Shown here: one piece after another, positions 13,800 to 25,683 of the stretch
Layout of the letters: each line of letters opens with the position of its first letter
Position numbering within the stretch: the stretch's first letter is position 1
Assembly: GCA_028023455.1 (NCBI GenBank)
Contig: JAQFVV010000009.1
Coordinates: 15,500,001-15,564,000, forward strand
DNA from: Epiperipatus broadwayi
Lineage: Eukaryota; Animalia; Onychophora
DNA length: 64,000 nt
Reading direction: 5' to 3'
Position numbers and translations under genes: made by a program
The notes under the pieces: generated by a model
Seen by the model: the letters and a program-made list of their open reading frames with translations, nothing else
Database searches by the model: none
Told to the model about the DNA's origin: nothing

Positions 13800-14619
13800 T
13801 AGTTTAAAATAATGCATATTTGTTTGGGGGGAGGGGGGATTAAATTGTCTATAAGTATAAAAATATTAATTAGAAATTAGTTAAATAAATGACTAAAGTT
13901 TTTTAGCAATGTATGGAATGAAATTTCTATTTTTTTAATTTCTTTATCTTTTTTTTTTTTCACAGACATTTTTTTTGTTTGCGTGAAAGTCACCATTATT
14001 ATGGTTATATAAGAAATGATTTACAGGAATAATGATTAAAAATTAGGCAAGTCAGTGATATTTCACCTTATATTTAGTATTATTTGATCATAAAAAAAAC
14101 TGAGTATTAACTGTGCAATGCATGAAAGAATTTTACTTTTCTTTTAATGAAAATAATTTAAATTTATAAAGATTATTTTTTTCTAGGGCAGAATTAGCAC
14201 ATATGAAATTTTTGAACAAAAATTGATTGAATGAATATATTTTACCTAATGTACATGTTTAAAATTTTATAATTAATGAACTTTGTTATTGCATGCAATC
14301 AAAAATAGGTTTTGGATTATTTATTGTATTGAATAGTTGTCTTGCAAGGATACTGATTGAAAATTAAATAAGCACACTAAAAATATTCTAATTGGGTAAC
14401 AAAAAACTTATTATATAAGGAATAAACTTTTAACTATTCTATATCTTTCTTTGGTATGAATGTCACCATTTTATCTTCCAATAATGATGTTTTTATAAAG
14501 TCACTGTCCTATGATGATATCAGTCTCACAAAATGGCCATATTTTAAAAAATGAACATTAAAAAAAAAAAAAATTAAAGGTTAATATAGTAAACAATTAA
14601 TTGTAAATAGAAATAGTGG

Positions 14620-15250
14620 ATACAATTAATGACGACTGCTATGGAAAATCCATGTACTATAACAGTCAAATATGCATAACTAGATATGCAAATTTCCCAA
14701 GGGTAATCTGCATGCCACTCCACATTCTGGCATCACATGATCAAAAACTTTTTGTTTATATTCTGCTAAGTCAGACAAATACAAGAAACTTGTTGTATTC
14801 TATCAATAAAAGGCAAATACTAGAATAATAAGATTTATGTATGTATATTATCACCAAATAAATATAAATGTAATTGACTGAAACTAGTGAGAATATCAGA
14901 CTATTCATCTTTTACTGGGGTTTAAATTCAGGATATAGTGACTTAATGATCTATTATGTCAATTTTATTTTACTATCCTAGCAAGCCTGTAGCAAAATCC
15001 ATTAGATTAGGTATTCATTGCCTCATCATCCATGGAAAATATATGGACCCATGCACCTTAATTGTCCTCGAATAGATACAGACTTGCTGCATAGACTAGC
15101 TGCAAATACTAATACCTATTACTATAACCAGTCCCAATCCAATTGCAAGAGCTATCAATCTCATTCACACATTTTACGATATGCTAAAAATCATTTAATT
15201 AAATGATACTATTAGGCCATGACTAATATAAATCATTTCAGACTGTAGCA
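14620..15250 (+). pseudogene. Degenerate CR1/L2/Jockey-type LINE RT remnant
   Basis: Weak frameshifted motifs QISQG*S (GVPQGS-like), GV*IQ and LIVLE*IQ in the expected order. Confidence 0.3.
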
Positions 15251-15807
15251 ATTGGAAATTCATAGCAACTAGATTATTTGAATATAAGTGAATAATGGAA
15301 ATACACATCACATACACCAGACAATCTTAACATGTTTTAATAATATGAAAATAAATATCACCAAATGCCCCAGACAGGAATCATGCATTTATCTGGCATT
15401 GGTGACTGGAACTTCTAAACTAAATGGTAGGAATGTGCATCTACTGGATAAATGATAATAATACTAAGTCATCAACACAAGCTCAAGATAGTGTTTAAAG
15501 TCAATTTAATATTTGGCTTATCTGACACACAAATATCATCTCCCATGTCTGCCTATCCTAAACCTATAAGGCCATTTTGATTAAAATGTAGACTTTTATA
15601 ACAATGAAAATAATCTTTCTTAATTTATTCAATCTGTCTATGCATCCTCTATTCTACCCAGAGGCCATTAATATTAGCATTATTTACATTAAAGGTTAAA
15701 TTATTATTCTGACATATAATATACTTCAGGCTAGTGGAAATTATTATTATTTATACCATACTATTAAAATAATTAACTAAAATAATACTAAAACAGATAA
15801 AACTCTT

Positions 15808-15857
15808 CAAGCATAAGAAATGGTGATCATGTGATGTTTAGTGGTAAAATAATACTA
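15808..15857 (+). repeat. Dispersed fragment of HHR repeat family A
   Basis: caagcataagaaatggtgatcatgtgatgtttagtggtaaaataatacta closely matches 480-527. Confidence 0.7.
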
Positions 15858-17557
15858 GAAAAACATTTAGCAAATGGCTAATTGTTTTATTATAGATACT
15901 TCTTTTTATATTACATCTAAATCATGATGCATCTAATAAACCCCAAAATAATATTAGGTAATCCATCACCATTCTGATCTCTAAGTATATATATATACAG
16001 TTAAATCATAACAATCTATACAAAAATTTCAACATAAATTAAATAAACATGTATAGAAGATTAAATATCTTAATGTTAGTAATATAAAACCATAATAGCA
16101 TATAATTAGTCCATACAAATTATCCACTTTTATCTTCAGTAGTTCATGTTAATAAATTCAAATACCAGCAGACTTTTTTGTCTGTTGGCATTCTACAAAG
16201 ATTCTCTGAGATCATTTTTGCTGATTGAAATGGCCTCCTTTAATGTAAATGTTCATTAATTTTTGGTTCTATTTTACTTAGTGGGTGGAAGATGATGGTA
16301 TTTCTCTTGCTGAATTATGGTGGGTCTCTTCCCCAAAATTATAGGACACTTTTGAATTTAAGTGACATACATACAGTTCGCATGTAACTGGACACAATGA
16401 GCAATGAAATAGTTTTACATTTGATGGCATCTCTGCCCTTCATGATAAACTTCTTGCACTCCACTGGCTTGGCTAGAGTGGAGCAGACAGTGTGCTTCTC
16501 TATGCTTCCATGATATGACAATCAATTATAATATCTTTTAACAGTAATTCCAATGATGAAGAATGCAGAATAAAAAAGAATGAATGATTTCCTGAGATCA
16601 CCCCTCCTTTTTATAATCCACAGAGCTACCTTATCTTTAAAATCAGTTTTCATCATTGTTCAACTTCATATATACATCCATTGGTTGTAGATTAGCTATA
16701 AATTTTGCTGTGGTCTGCAGCTTACTGACCAATTACAAATTACAATTTAACAAACGATAATATTTTGGCTAGACCACATATCAATTTCCCAATTAGCTGA
16801 TCTAATTATCAATGAATTAATTACTTGTACAAAAACAATGTCATTTCCACCTACCTAATTATAGAATAATTTTACACTTAGTAATTAATAAAATAATTTA
16901 TAAACAAGTTTAAATTACTTAATATCAATTTAGAACTAATAAAGCCTAATACATTTTTATCTGCGCACATACCTATATATACATTCCATCAGAAAAAAAA
17001 ATGTTTTAATAACTTTCACTTAAAAATTTTTTAACGAATACGTGAAGTACATATATATATATATTGCTTCAATATAAAGGTTCATTGTATGCAGGAGGAA
17101 ACGTATAATTGTAGGCACAGACTAATAATGGTGTTATAATATATATATATTTGAGATTTAAATATGACAAACACAATTAATTAATTTGTTGTTAATAAAC
17201 ACAATAAAATTAAGTTGTATATAACATTTAACCTGATTCCTTCTAGTGAATCAATATTTTTATGTATTTAAAATTTTATCTTTATTTCAACATTTTGGGA
17301 AAACCATATGGATTACACATGGATGAATTACATCATTCTTTTCATCTTTTTGTTATTTTTCTGATGGTATGTGTTATATTTTTCTACAATAAAGTTTGAA
17401 ATTTTTAAGAATTTTTATTTAAATAAATTTATTTAATTTTTCTCTCTATTTATGACACTTTACAAGAAAAGACTGCATTAAATTTTTGGACAAAACAAAA
17501 AATAGATTCAGACACATATTCAGACTCCTGGACATCAAAGATATTTATCATCTAGCA

Positions 17558-17961
17558 CAGGGGTCCCCAATCTTTTTGCACTTAAGAGCACATTCTATAA
17601 TACCGGCCAGGTGGCGGGCACCATTTATTTTTTCAACCAGGTGGCGAGCACCATTTATTTTTTCAATGTAAATTTATTATAGTTGGATATTGTTAATAAT
17701 GCACATAATGTACAAAAAAATATTTATTTCAAAAATAAAATTTTAACATATAATTAACAGTTATATTTTTACACTGTAAAAGTATAGTATGCCCTATAAT
17801 TTGATTACAACAATATAATACAATAATTTATAAGAAAATTTAAAAATTAAATTTATTTGTATCAGATAAATAATTTTTTATCGTGTTCAGAAAGCGGTGG
17901 GCACATGTAAAATGGTCTGCGGGTGCCATGGTGCCCACGGGCATAGGGTTGGGGACCCCTG
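17558..17961 (+). mobile_element. hAT (Charlie-type) MITE
   Basis: TIRs caggggtccccaa / ttggggacccctg; perfect 8-bp TSD ATCTAGCA on both sides. Confidence 0.95.
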
Positions 17962-20123
17962 ATCTAGCAGTTCCAAAATTTATTTTTGGAAAATAAACTC
18001 GTTTCTTTAGCAGTGAAAAAATGAAGAAAAGATAAGTAACATGTCCAAAATTAGTGGTACATCAGATTCTTGGATCCTGACAACTTCTTAAAATGCCAGC
18101 CACCTCATAATCAAGAATGAGTGAAGACCTTTTTACAATGTACATGGGAATAATAGATTATATATATTTTTATTTTTTGTGTGATAAAATTATTAATTGA
18201 AGTAATTTATATTATTATTTTTTGCTAAATGCAGAATTGGAAAAATATATCAAATCACAAATTGTTTATTTTTTATTGTAAATAACATATATATATATAA
18301 TTTCTTGTAAGGTATTGGACAGCTCAGTTCGGGGGTGTTTGGAACTTGCTTTCAAAATATAAGTCTCAGGCAGCTTTATTGTGCAAACAAGGACCCCATT
18401 CGTTATTGTGCCTGCATTTCTATAATAATAATAAAAATACCAAGTAACAATAATAAAAACTTTTACTAAATATAGAGAATTAGGTCTATATGTAGATTAG
18501 TGCAACATAAAATTTAAAGCTGCATATTGTATGCATAGAGAAGTAAATAGTTGACTAAGCAGTGACTATATTTATGGTTGTAATACAATATAACAATACA
18601 ATCACTTAAAATTAGTAAAGTGTGGATTTGAATGATGGGTCTGTATAGAAAGCCATTATGGGTATGTCCACCATAAGGAGTTGTATATAGGGGGAAAATA
18701 CAACTTATGTCAGCCAGTATTTCGACAATCAAACACTAATTCTTTCAGTAGTTTTATATCATTTAAAAAGTGTTGTATTTTTATGCCTTAAAAAAAAAGT
18801 ATTAAAAATTTTTTGGCTTTGTGGAGTAATGATCACATAGAAAAGGTGCTCAGAGAGGCTTATTTATTGCTAAACAACTAAAATTGAGATAGGCAATGCA
18901 CTCTTTTAATCTCAACCTCATTTAGTTTCTTCAGGAATGTTGACTGATGTGCCAACTTCATCGAACAATTTTGTGTATATGCGTTGACTTTGTAATCAGA
19001 TGATGATTCCTGAATAGTTTGTCGGTTAAATTATATTTGCATTTTTATTTATATGTTTATTTTGCTGCATGGTTACTGAAACATTTTATTAATTATAAGC
19101 TATCATTAAATAGTAATCAATTGATTTTACATTTTAGATGGATTCTACTTAGCAAAATGAAATCTTATTCACAATGTGAAATCTAAGACAGGTAATAAAA
19201 AGAGCATTATTATCATTTGTATGAAATTAAATTTATATCTCTATTTTTTTTTTTTTTGCTTGTTTAGCTACACTATGTATAGAATCTGAACTATTTACAG
19301 CCTGAATAGTATTTAGACTATCTTATTCATTTCTGTTACTTTTTTCTTCATTCAATATATGCAGATCCCTACAAGAAAAAATCTCCATTTCTTGGAAAAA
19401 TGAAAGATATCAATGACTATTTTCTATGTTTTGAACTAATTGATTGTCATAGCTAAGTCATGTTATATATTATTTTATTGGAAATTTTATAAGAAATGTA
19501 ATGAACCTGTTAATATAAAAATAAAATTTATCTATTAAAATTGAGAATGTATGACTATATTTTTTTCAGTTTTATTACATTCCTTAGTATCTTAGCTTTC
19601 TGATATCATAAACTACATGAGTTTTGTATAATTCTAATTGAAGTTATCTTAAAAATTGTTTTATATCATTTCTCCAAAAATGCAATATCGCTGCCATCTG
19701 AGTGAAACAGATAAAATAAATTATACATGCATGTAAAACATAATTGAACCTTAGAACATCATAAAGAATATTAATCTCTTGTTGTTAATAAATAAGGTAA
19801 AAAACATTAAAAGCTTAAGGGATTAAACAGTATATATATATATAAAATACAAAGATGTTTTCAAAGCATAAATAACACAAGTAACTTGGCAGAGATCTAA
19901 AAAGAAAAATTTTCAAAATGTATTTTATTATAGATTGCTATTGCTACTCAAGCATTTTATATTAATTCTAGTAGAACATGAAAAAAAGAGTTGCATGTCA
20001 GGGCATATTATAAAAATATAATTAATTATAAGGGGCTTGAACTCAGACTTTCAAACTCCTCACAGCTATCCAATTCATCTTATACAATGAATACACATGA
20101 TATATATGTGAAAAAGATAAATA

Positions 20124-20176
20124 ATCTCCAATATATGTATTTCATGCTAAAAATAATACTCATCAATTGGTCCAGA
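20124..20176 (-). ncRNA. Type I hammerhead ribozyme, family B left copy (degenerate)
   Basis: Minus strand reads atct-gga-ccaa TTGATGA gtatta-tttt-tagcat GAAA tacata TA ttgg-agat; C3 is replaced by U. Confidence 0.6.
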
Positions 20177-20700
20177 TCATCATCATATATACAGTCATTG
20201 CTCAGTTTATCTTAAGATAGCAAATCTTCAAACTTTAATGGACAAGCTTCAATCTTCTCCATTTTCCAACTTTTCAGCCATTCAATCATTGGAAATATGA
20301 GTATGAAATACTCAAAACCCTTGATGATGCCAAAATTGGCATGCCCATGATGACCTTAAATCAATCTGACCCCTCACACATAGGATCTTAATATGATTAT
20401 ACAGAAGAGGGATGGATATAATATAAGCTAAATATGTAATATTTAAATCCCTCTTCAGTAAAATTAAATTGACATATTAAGGTTCTATGTGTGAGGAATC
20501 AGATTGACTTATAGTGTAACATGGATATGACAATAATATAATCATCAAGGGCTTTGAGCATTTCATCCTCAGATTTTCAATGATATGGATGGCTGAAGAG
20601 TTGGAGAGTGGAGAAGATTGAAGTTTCTCCATTAAAGTTTGAAGATTTGTTATCTTAATATAAACAGAGCAGTGGTTGTATATATGTATGGAAGATGATG

Positions 20701-20753
20701 ATCTGGACCAACTGATGAGTGCTGTTCAGCACAAAATACATATATTGAAGATT
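20701..20753 (+). ncRNA. Type I hammerhead ribozyme, family B right copy (degenerate)
   Basis: atct-gga-ccaa CTGATGA(20712-20718) gtgctg-tt-cagcac AAAA tacata TA ttga-agat. G12 is replaced by A, consistent with CpG decay of C-GAAA. Confidence 0.65.
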
Positions 20754-21600
20754 ATTTATCTTTTTCACATGTATATAGTCATGTATATCAGTTGTATAAG
20801 ATGGATTGGATAGATATAAAGAGTTTGAATGTCTGAATACAAGTTCCTTATAATAGCATTTTTAGTATTGACAATATACATATATTTAAATATTAAATGA
20901 TTATGAAGTTTTTTTAAATATTTTTCTTGCATTTGATTATTATCAGTATCACACTGTGGATGTTTCTTATTTTATTAATTCTATTAATTTTTAATATTAT
21001 TAATTTAAATTTCTTTCATGAATTATTTATATGCATAGTATATGGAAATGCCTGATTGTTAAAATACAGAATACATTAAACACTACAGTGGAACACTGAA
21101 AATTTAAGGTGGAAAGTTGAGATGTGATTTAGTAGTAAAACTAGTCCATTTAGGGGACTAAAGGTGGTACTATCATGCAGTAAAAAAAATACTGTATGAC
21201 TATAATGCTAGTTTTACCAAATAACTTTTTATCCTCTAATATTGAGAAAGATGTTCTCAACTTGAATAAACTGTTAGCCAAGATAATCATCATCAAACCT
21301 CATCCTGTTATGCAAAAAAAAACCATCAATATATAGCTATGTATATATGTATACTGATCTTCAATTCTGATCTTATATAAAATATTTGGCCAATTTTGGA
21401 GCATAAATTAGTTACTCATATAACAATTCCAATCCACTGCAATATATTTGACAATCAAACAACTATTTTTTATTGTAATGCCAGTTATTGAGAGAAAGTC
21501 ACAAATATAAAATTAATTTTTTTGATGGATTTTTTTAAACTATTGTTTCAGTATTACTTAACATTTCATTTTCTGTTTGCAAAATGCACTAATGATTATA

Positions 21601-22462
21601 TGAGGGAAGCCTCCCCCCCCCCAAAAAAAAAAATCTGGAATTTTGTAATAAATGTGTTACAAATTGAATCACCTTCAAAATAGTATCCATTTAATTCAAT
21701 ACACTGGTCTAAATGTGTTTTCATTTTTCAAAGTAATCCTGAAACTCTTGTAAAGTGATGTCTTTTAATGCCTCTGACAGTTTTTTTTTCATCACCTCAA
21801 AGTCTGCAAAAAAAAAAAAAATGTTTTGAAGCATTTTTTTCATTTAAAGGAATAATAAAAAGTCACATGGAGTAAGATCAAGAAAATATGGCTGAGAGAT
21901 AAGCTTAGTCATGCTGTTTTTATTTAAAAAATGTTTTACACTCAATGCTTTGTGCATTGTGATGGTGAAGCTTGATGGTTTCATTTTATGGCATCATGCA
22001 GAAATTTCAGAACTTGTAGGTAAAATGCCTCATTGTTACAAACAAATAGCAAGTGAACAATGTCATCTGCATCAAAAAAAAAAAAAAACAGCATCATGAC
22101 ACTGGACTCATTAGCTGAGCTTTTTTAGGACATTGTAAATTTGACACTTCATTAAATCACTTGTAAACTTATATTTTCCCAAAAACAGCTTGCTTGTAAG
22201 TTGTTTCAAGAATTACATTACAACCATTTTCCTTAACAAAACAGAAATCCACATTGTTCCAACTTCTTAGACATTACAATAATTGACAAACAAATGAATG
22301 CACTTAAAAGCATTTACTGTGAAGCATCACAACTTCACTTAATGACAACAATTGGCAGACTCATGCATGGGATCCCTGCAAAGGCATCTAATGACAGAAG
22401 GATGTATTACAAAGCCCTCACTCTCCAGAAAACCATTCAGGTTTTAGTGTCGTCCCCCCCTC
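21601..22462 (-). mobile_element. Internally deleted mariner (DD34D-type) transposon
   Basis: Ends tgaggg...ccctca flanked by TA. Minus-strand translation QPYFLDLTPCDFLLFL*MKKML..EALKDITLQEFQDYFEK..CIELNGYYFEGD matches the mariner YSPDLAPCD C-terminus; N-terminal MSKKLEQ also present. Confidence 0.85.
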
Positions 22463-23140
22463 ATATAACTATGAGTTTCTAAATTATGGATTGTTTTTTT
22501 AATAAAAAAATTTCCAACAAATTTTTATTGCTTGAAGAGTCCTTTCTGATTTAATTTATTTTTAATGCATTGAATTATTGTTAGTTTCAGGGTTGAAATT
22601 TTTTTTTTTTTTTAAATAAACGAAAACAAATATTTTATCACAAATAAAAGCATAATAAACTCTACTGAGCATGCTTATCATGATAAAACATGGCATACAG
22701 ATGGAAATTATTAGATCACAAGGTGCAACCAATAAATAAATTTTTAAAAATGTAATTTTTACCCAGTCTTTCAACAAACTAAGTCATTTGTAGATTTATT
22801 ATAAATTTTCACTTAATGACTTGTCAATTATAGAGAAAATTAAATTTCTTTCTTCACCTATAACACTTAAATTCCTTTTAAACTTTAACAAACACCCCAA
22901 TAAATTTAAATTAGGATTTGTAAATTAATATCGTAACAGATTTTGCAAATGGTTCAGATTTGACTGTAATCAATAAAATAAGTGATACTCGTTACAAATT
23001 GCCAAAAAAAAAAAAAAGAAATAGCTGTACAAAAAAAGTAATTTATAAATACATTTTAACCCAAGACAAGACCATGTATGAAGAAGAATAGGAATACAAA
23101 CATTTTTAAAAATAATTCATTAAGAAGTAAATATCTATAG

Positions 23141-23950
23141 CAGGGGTGGCCATCAAGAGGTCACTGAGAGCTGTATGCCAGTTTTTCATATATTATAAAT
23201 AGCTACACCATATTATTTAAGTACACAAAAATAAATACATATAGTCAAATTTTATTTAACTTAATTAATATGATGACATTTTCTACAAATTTTAAGTACT
23301 GTATAAGAAAATAAAATTAAGAGAAAGAAATAAAATACAAAATAATTATTTTAATAATAAAATATAATACTAAAAATACATTATAAAAAGTATAACATTT
23401 AATGAAGACCTTTGGTCAAATCTTTGAAATTTGATATATAATTTGTTAAATCTGTTTGCAGCAATTCTGTGTGATGCTGATTGGTCAACTGTGAATATAT
23501 TTCAACTTCACAAATTTCATTGAGGAATACAATGATTCTTAGCAATATGTTTTATCAAAAATTGAAATTAGACAGCAAGCAGCTGTCTTTAAGTGTGGAT
23601 ATTTTGATTCTGGCATGAGTTTTCAAAATTCAATTAGAGAACTAGATTTGTGATGCCTGATCTTCTTTCATCTCTATTAATTCCAAACTCCAATTCCCCA
23701 GCCTCTTTTTCGACATATTATTATTTCAGAAAGTAGAAATCCATCTTCAATAATTGGTGCATAAAATATGCAAATATAGGTTTAAAACTTTTCAAACCTA
23801 CATTTGAAATCCATTTACAGTCCTTCCCATTTTTCTTTATATGCAACTAATTTTTCTTCTTTGATATTAATTATATTTGCTTTTACTTGTGAAAAATTCT
23901 GGACTTAAAATTGTGCACAAAAAGATGAAGTTTATATTCAAAATTAAATA
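23141..23950 (-). mobile_element. 3' remnant of a hAT (GTF2IRD2/SPIN-like) transposon
   Basis: TIR caggggtggcca at 23141. Minus-strand translation EF*KLMPESKYPHLKTAACCLISIFDKTYC*ESLYSSMKFVK corresponds to the hAT dimerisation domain. Confidence 0.8.
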
Positions 23951-24714
23951 CAGTTAGTGATAAATCTCTAACAATTTTTTCCTTTCTTTTTCTGGTATGC
24001 TGTTTTCTTCTATCACCTGTCCCTCTTGAGTTTTGGATTATCTGGTTTGCACTCTCTCTTTCTTTCTAATTTTGCTTGATTATTTCACTAGAGCTGCAGA
24101 GGTATATGTGATTAACATATCTTTTATATACTACATTGTCATCAGTTTGTATGACTACTATGAATTTGGATGATAGGTTGGTGACTTTTTCCTTGATCTA
24201 TGTTTTATGGAGGTTAATCTCTGATCCATAGTTTATCTCCACATTAAATGTTTCACATTTTGCTTCTACATTTATGTTTGGATAGTAGCAGGGCAAGTTC
24301 TGTTTTTAGCTTCCATTTAATTAATAATTCAGCTGGGGATTTTCCACTTGCTTTTATTTGAGTAAAGTGCTGGTGTAATAATATTTGGTGAAGTGTTTCT
24401 TACATTTTTGTAGGGTTTTCTTTTTTTAGTGCTGATTTGAGTTGATTACTGCATTTTCTGCTAACCCATTACTTTCCAGATAATAAGGGGCTGATTGCAT
24501 GTGTTTAATGCCTCTGGCTTTTAAATATTCTTCAAACAGGAAAATCCCAAACCACTGTCTGTAATGAGTGTTTCTAGGTAACCATGCACTGAAAATATTT
24601 GTTTGACTTATGAATAATCTCATCATTACCTCTGTTTTTTATGATGCAGTATTCTAATAAGTGAGATTAAGCACCTACAAGTATGTCCCATGAATGGACC
24701 AGCATGGTCTACAT

Positions 24715-25031
24715 CAGCGGTCCCCAACCTTTTTGCACTTAAGAGCGCATTCTATAATACCGGCCAGGTGGCGGGCACCATTTATTTTTTCAATGTAAAT
24801 TTATAGTTGGATATTGTTAATAATACACATAATGTACAAAAAAATATTTATTTCAAAAATAAAATTTTAACATTTGATTACAATATAATACAATAATTTA
24901 TAAGAAATTTTAAAAATTAAATTTATTTGTATCAGATAAATAATTTTTTATCATGTTCGGATAGCGGCTGGCACATGTAAAATGGTCTGCGGGCACCATG
25001 GTGCCCGCGGGCATAGGGTTGGGGACCCCTG
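24715..25031 (+). mobile_element. hAT MITE, same family as 17558-17961, inserted in the Gypsy integrase
   Basis: TIRs cagcggtccccaa / ttggggacccctg; perfect 8-bp TSD GTCTACAT; internal sequence shared with the 17558 copy. Confidence 0.95.
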
Positions 25032-25683
25032 GTCTACATGGATGCATTCCCAAGTATTTTTTTGCATGTGGCCATAAGTTATATTCTTTTTTTGTTAATC
25101 TGGCATATTATTGGCATGCCAGACAGTTTTTTTATAAATGATTCAATATCATTTATTTTAGGTCACCAAACATAGCTTTGTCTATTGCTTTCATGTGTAC
25201 CACCCCTGGGTGTCCATTAGGCAGCATCTTGAGTACCTGATTTGAGCCTTTAATAGGTATTAATATACATCCTTTGCAAACAGATGGGTTTAACCAAGCC
25301 TTCCAAAAGAATACTGGCAAATTTTGAGGTTGTTTACTGGGCCAGCTTTTAGTGATCCATTTTTTCAGTAGCTTGTATCCTGGATTCTTGTAAGACCATT
25401 CTGCCACTTTTTTGTTTTAACAATTGTGAATTCAGATTAGCTATATAAGTGATGTCCACATTAATTTTCTTCACTTTTGTAATGTCCAGCATTCATGAGA
25501 GTGCATCTGCATGTTGGATTAAACTACTCTTTTTATAATGTAAGTCATAGTCATAAACCTATAGTAATGTTATCTAACATAGCATGTGTGCACTGAGGTA
25601 ATATGGGATTGGTTTCACCTTTGTCAGTATCCTTAACATTGGCTTGTGATCAGTTATCACCATGAAATTTTGTCCATATATAT

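Larger units (their letters stand above)
20024..20856. mobile_element. ~830-bp palindrome made of two head-to-head copies of an HHR-bearing repeat (family B)
   Basis: Left and right halves are diverged reverse complements around a centre near 20430; each arm has a hammerhead core. Confidence 0.85.

Noticed and set aside
16200-16560. Possible Tc1 N-terminal remnant (RRPFQSAKMISENL) on the minus strand
   Set aside because: Too degenerate; no TIRs or catalytic motifs found.
17132-17226. 95-bp tgttata...tataaca unit resembling a mini solo LTR
   Set aside because: No TSD, PBS or PPT; AT-rich termini can arise by chance.
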